From an uncultured delta proteobacterium (GTDB lineage Bacteria; Desulfobacterota; Syntrophia; Syntrophales; Smithellaceae): DNA of 64,000 nucleotides. The notes under the pieces were generated by a model. That model worked only from the letters and a program-made list of their open reading frames with translations. It ran no database searches and was not told the DNA's origin. The stretch spans positions 1 to 64,000 of the forward strand of contig CAVWEH010000004.1 in NCBI GenBank assembly GCA_963753975.1. The letters run 5' to 3'. A program made the position numbers and the translations under genes. Of the stretch, positions 59,964-64,000 are shown piece after piece. Every line of letters starts with the position of its first letter. Position 1 is the first letter of the stretch.

Positions 59964-61667
59964 CTATTTATTCCTGATTAACTCTTCCAGCTTCTTTTGC
60001 AACAAACCATTTTGGGGATCAAGCTTAAGCGCTTTATTATACATTTCCTGCGCTTCTTTGATTTTACCCAGCTTCTCATACACATCGCCCAGATGCTCCG
60101 TAATGTTTGCATCGTTCGGCAAAAGCTCCAACGCTCGTTTTAAATTTTTTACGGCGCTATCCATCTTGTTTTGTTTAAAATGCACCCAGCCAAGACTATC
60201 GATCATGTACGCATTGTCCGGTTTGATTTTTAAAGCCTTGATAATCATTTTTTCCGCTTCCTCCAGATTCATGCCACGATCAGCATAACTGTACCCGATA
60301 AAATTAAGCGCTTCGGCATTTTCCGGATCGAGTTTCAAAACTAGCTCCATCTCTTTAATGCTCTCTGGAAAACGATTTATTTTTTCATAAATTACGCCTA
60401 AAGCATAGTGCAAATCCACGCTTTGAGGAAAAAAGCTGAGGCCATCATCTAAAATCTTTATAGCCTTAGGGTTGTCTTTTGTTTCTTCATAAAGTGACGA
60501 CAAATAAAGGTATAGAGAAATCTGGTCTTTCTTTTTTTTAAGGGCTCCATTTAGCAAATCGATGGCCGCAGTTATTTTGCCTTCCTTTTTAAGGATCATA
60601 GCGGCATGAATTTGAGCACTGGCGTATAATTCGGATGAAGTTACAGGGATTTTCCTATATTCATCGAGAGCCGATTTGTTATCGCCTTTTTCCTCATAAA
60701 CACTGGCCAATAGGTAACGAATCCTATTATCATTAATGTTTCTCTCCAGAACTGTGGAAAATTCAGCCACAGCTGAATCAAAGCGGCGTAGGTCATAATA
60801 TAGAACACCTAACGCGATTCGCACTTCGCGATTATCGGGATCGGATTTCAAGACTTCCTGGAATTCTTTTTGCGCTTCTTCATATTTATTTTCTTTAACC
60901 AGAAGCTCTCCTATTTTAATCCGCAAATTTACGCGTGCCGGGTTTATTTCCAAATAATTGCGATAGACTTCGATAGCTTTATCGATTTTCTCTTGTTTTT
61001 CGTATAACGCAGCCAAGTCATACACAGCCAACTCAAAATATGGTTTTAAGGATAAAACTTTTTTAAACATCTTTTCTGCATCTTCATACCGTTTCATATC
61101 CATCAACACTTTACCATAGTAATAAATACCTGTGATATGGTCCGGATCGATTTTCAACATTTTTTTAAAGGTTTCTTCAGCTTTGGTAAAATTATTTTCT
61201 GCAGCGTAAATAGTCGCCAAATAAAGATAGGCAATCATGTTTTTTGGATCGAGTTCAATTACCTTTTTGTTTTCTATAATAGCTTTGTCATATTGCCGGA
61301 GACTGGTGTATAATCCGCCCATAATCAGATGGAGTTCGATGTTTTGCGGATTTTTTGATATGGTTTTTTCACCCAGAGAAATGGCGCGGTCGAGATCGCC
61401 CTTTTCCGCATACAGGGATACAAGCTCGGTTAAAAGATAAGAAGAGTCCGGATCAGCAGCGACAGCCTTTTCTAATTCAATAGTCGCTTCGTCTATTTTA
61501 CCCTCCAGACGTAAAAGGACTCCCAATGAATAGTGGGTCATAGCATCTGCCGAGTTGCTTTCCGTATATTCAGAAGGAAACCGAACCGTCTTTATATAGC
61601 TGCAACCGGAGATATTTATGACAATCAAAACAGTTATTAATATTAAATAAGTTATTTTTTTCTGCAT
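59964..61667 (-). CDS. Tetratricopeptide repeat lipoprotein
   Basis: Lipobox ISGC, many TPRs, ALNFIGYSYAD, IDSLGWVHFK, EHLGDVY. Confidence 0.92.
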   Translation of the reverse strand: MQKKITYLILITVLIVINISGCSYIKTVRFPSEYTESNSADAMTHYSLGVLLRLEGKIDEATIELEKAVAADPDSSYLLTELVSLYAEKGDLDRAISLGEKTISKNPQNIELHLIMGGLYTSLRQYDKAIIENKKVIELDPKNMIAYLYLATIYAAENNFTKAEETFKKMLKIDPDHITGIYYYGKVLMDMKRYEDAEKMFKKVLSLKPYFELAVYDLAALYEKQEKIDKAIEVYRNYLEINPARVNLRIKIGELLVKENKYEEAQKEFQEVLKSDPDNREVRIALGVLYYDLRRFDSAVAEFSTVLERNINDNRIRYLLASVYEEKGDNKSALDEYRKIPVTSSELYASAQIHAAMILKKEGKITAAIDLLNGALKKKKDQISLYLYLSSLYEETKDNPKAIKILDDGLSFFPQSVDLHYALGVIYEKINRFPESIKEMELVLKLDPENAEALNFIGYSYADRGMNLEEAEKMIIKALKIKPDNAYMIDSLGWVHFKQNKMDSAVKNLKRALELLPNDANITEHLGDVYEKLGKIKEAQEMYNKALKLDPQNGLLQKKLEELIRNK

Positions 61668-61718
61668 CTTGAACTAAAATTTCTTTTAATATTTTTTCTT
61701 TTTCATTAGCGCGCAATG

Positions 61719-62684
61719 CTAGGAAGATCCGAGGGCAGCTTTTGCTTTAATAATCTGCGACACCGGAACAATCAATATTCCCTTTTCTCGTAGGACCCTA
61801 GTCGCGTCTTTGATTGCCCGAATTGTTTCCGGATGTGGATGCCCGATAACGATCAGCGGCGATACATCGCCGTTGTTCTTAGAAATATTAATCAAATTAT
61901 TATAAATTTCATTATAGTCACGGTTGTTATCAAGAAATATTTTACGGGCCGCTACCGGCAAACCAACTTTTTGAGCCGCAGCAAAAGCCTCACTATCAGC
62001 TGCCGTGCGTGAATCGATAAAAAATAAATTCTTTTTCTTTAATTTACTAAAAATCAAAGCAAGCTTTTCTTTATCCTCCATAAATTTAGAACCCATATGG
62101 TTATTTATACCAACAATGTAAGGCACAGCTTCAATATCTTTTTCCAGCTGAAAAACCAATTCTTCATTGTTCATGTCCGTAAAAAGAGCCCCACTACCCG
62201 GCTTCTCGCGTGGATACGAAACCGGCTCCATCGGCAGATGTAAGAGTATCTCTTTATTAGCTTTATGTAGCATTTCCGCTGCTTCACGGCTATGAATTAA
62301 AAAAGGCAAAACAGAATATGTTATATCGGCATTAACTTTCAGTAATTCTTTAACCGGTACCAGATCATAGCCTATATCATCTATTATGATGGCTACTTGC
62401 CTTAGGGGCAAAGGCATCTTTTCTATTTTGGATACAACTATTTTCTTCTTTTCTTTTTTTTCTATCGGAATCGAGGCTGAAGTTTTTTCTTTTGCCGGTC
62501 TTGCGTTTACCGTTCGGGGAGTAATTGATTTGGGCGGTTCTATCTGCTTGGTTTCTCTTTTATTTTCTTTGATTACCGGCTGTTCTTCTTTAACTTGCAG
62601 CACATAAATTATTGCCGCAACCGATACAATTATAAGAAATATCAGTAATCCGTTCCCAAAACGGTTAAATCTTTTCCTTGTCAA
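61719..62684 (-). CDS. Divergent polysaccharide deacetylase (YibQ family)
   Basis: AIIIDDIGY, LHLPMEP, NNHMGS, FIDSRT, IGHP. Confidence 0.93.
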   Translation of the reverse strand: MTRKRFNRFGNGLLIFLIIVSVAAIIYVLQVKEEQPVIKENKRETKQIEPPKSITPRTVNARPAKEKTSASIPIEKKEKKKIVVSKIEKMPLPLRQVAIIIDDIGYDLVPVKELLKVNADITYSVLPFLIHSREAAEMLHKANKEILLHLPMEPVSYPREKPGSGALFTDMNNEELVFQLEKDIEAVPYIVGINNHMGSKFMEDKEKLALIFSKLKKKNLFFIDSRTAADSEAFAAAQKVGLPVAARKIFLDNNRDYNEIYNNLINISKNNGDVSPLIVIGHPHPETIRAIKDATRVLREKGILIVPVSQIIKAKAALGSS

Positions 62685-62716
62685 TTATAACAGCCCTTCC
62701 TTAAGAAAAAAGAGAA

Positions 62717-64000
62717 TCAGCTTCCGAGATTTTGTTTCATTATATCCCAGCTTTTTAGTATATCCACCGCTGTTTTGAGTTGATTATCATTGGAAAGATC
62801 AGCAGAATCGTGGGTATCTTTAACCGGGGATTCATCAAACTTTGTACCATCTTCTTTCGCTGGTTTTATATGACCTTTAAGGTCTTTTTCTCTAATTCGA
62901 TCTTCGTGCAGCAAGCTGTTGTTTTCCGCGTCTTCCGCCGGCGCCGGCTTGATGTATTTGACAACTATGTCCGGTTTGATACCCTCGGCCTGAATAGATC
63001 GGCCCTTGGGCGTGTAATACCTTGCCGTAGTCAGCTTGAGAGCGGAGCCGTCTTCCAACGAAATAACGGTTTGGACAGATGCTTTACCAAAAGTTTGCGT
63101 TCCAATAATCAAAGCACGACCGTTATCCTGCAGAGCTCCGGCAACAATCTCCGCTGCACTGGCCGTTCCTTCGTTGACCAGAACAACTATCGGACAACTT
63201 ATTTCATTGCCGTTGTTCTTGGCCATTGCCGTTGTCTCCATGTTCTTCGTACGCCCGCGAGTGGAAACAATAATTCCTGACTTAAGGAACATATCGGAAA
63301 CTTCAATCGCCTGAATCAATAATCCACCCGGATCGTTTCTCAAATCCAGAACCAAACCCTTCAGCGGCTGGAGTTTTTCGCTAATTTCCCGCAAAGCTTT
63401 ACGTAGATCATCGGCTGTCCTTTCATTAAAAGAAGCAATACGGATGTATCCGATATTGTCTTCAAATATTTCGGACTTAACGCTCTTGATCTGAATGATC
63501 GCACGGGTCAACACAATATCTTTGGGTTTGGGCATATTTTCCCGCATTATTGTAATTGTAACCTTTGTATCCTTAGGCCCCCGTAATTTCTGTACAGCTT
63601 CCATAATGGTAATATCTTTCGTCGATTTACCATCAATTTTGATTATCTGGTCTCCCGACTTTACACCGGCGTTAAACGCAGGAGTATCTTCAATGGGAGA
63701 AACAACCGTCAAAATATCCTTCAATATTGTGATTTCAATGCCAATGCCGCCAAACTGTCCTTGAGTTTCCACCTCCAGTTCTTTATATAACTCCGGCGTC
63801 ATAAAGGAACTGTGGGGATCGAGAGTTCTGATCATTCCGTTGATTGCGCCCCGTATTAATGTCGCTGAATCCACCTCGTCAACATAGTTTTTCTTCACTA
63901 TGTCGAAAACTTCGTTGAATATCTTAATATCTTTGTAGGTGCCTTTATCCAGTGCGGAAACCTTGCTGTCATTGTATGGCCCCAGAAGGATAAATACTCC
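62717..64000 (-). CDS. ctpA: S41 C-terminal processing peptidase (5' end outside the window)
   Basis: LDPHS, PDZ GIGIEI, DLRNDPGG, TASAAEIVAGALQD, FGKASVQ; frame is open to the window edge. Confidence 0.95.
   Translation of the reverse strand, partial: GVFILLGPYNDSKVSALDKGTYKDIKIFNEVFDIVKKNYVDEVDSATLIRGAINGMIRTLDPHSSFMTPELYKELEVETQGQFGGIGIEITILKDILTVVSPIEDTPAFNAGVKSGDQIIKIDGKSTKDITIMEAVQKLRGPKDTKVTITIMRENMPKPKDIVLTRAIIQIKSVKSEIFEDNIGYIRIASFNERTADDLRKALREISEKLQPLKGLVLDLRNDPGGLLIQAIEVSDMFLKSGIIVSTRGRTKNMETTAMAKNNGNEISCPIVVLVNEGTASAAEIVAGALQDNGRALIIGTQTFGKASVQTVISLEDGSALKLTTARYYTPKGRSIQAEGIKPDIVVKYIKPAPAEDAENNSLLHEDRIREKDLKGHIKPAKEDGTKFDESPVKDTHDSADLSNDNQLKTAVDILKSWDIMKQNLGS

Noticed and set aside
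1..64000. CRISPR array, prophage, defence system or autonomous IS; many short antisense ORFs in the track
   Set aside because: No regularly spaced repeats, cas, integrase, RT or transposase motifs seen; the short ORFs are shadows of well-supported genes.

Overview
Bacterial chromosomal window made up mostly of housekeeping genes. Gene content and order suggest an anaerobic deltaproteobacterium, probably Smithella/Syntrophales (inference, not verified). In order: partial Ski2-like helicase, MFS transporter, a small membrane protein with a candidate sigma54 promoter, CoA-transferase/GAF/xth, FAD oxidoreductase, SDR, livKHMGF, Ntn hydrolase, RlmL-like methyltransferase, a Ser/Thr kinase plus TssQ-like lipoprotein, a radical SAM gene, the dcw cluster (mraZ-ftsZ, without ddl), mltG, ruvX, selB-yhaM, 5'-nucleotidase, a heavily frameshifted ArsR-FadL-FAD/Fe-S oxidoreductase unit, a CDF transporter, epmB-efp-epmA, tol-pal-cpoB, and a ctpA/deacetylase/TPR/LolB-like operon. 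I found no rRNA, tRNA, CRISPR array, integrase or transposase. The best novelty candidate is non-coding: two diverged, colinear copies of a structured element (7039-7157 and 51092-51325) that I cannot assign to a known RNA family. There are also several MITE/REP-like families; one copy separates the tssQ-like gene from an apparent ribosome-binding site. Many single-base indels look like sequencing or assembly errors.
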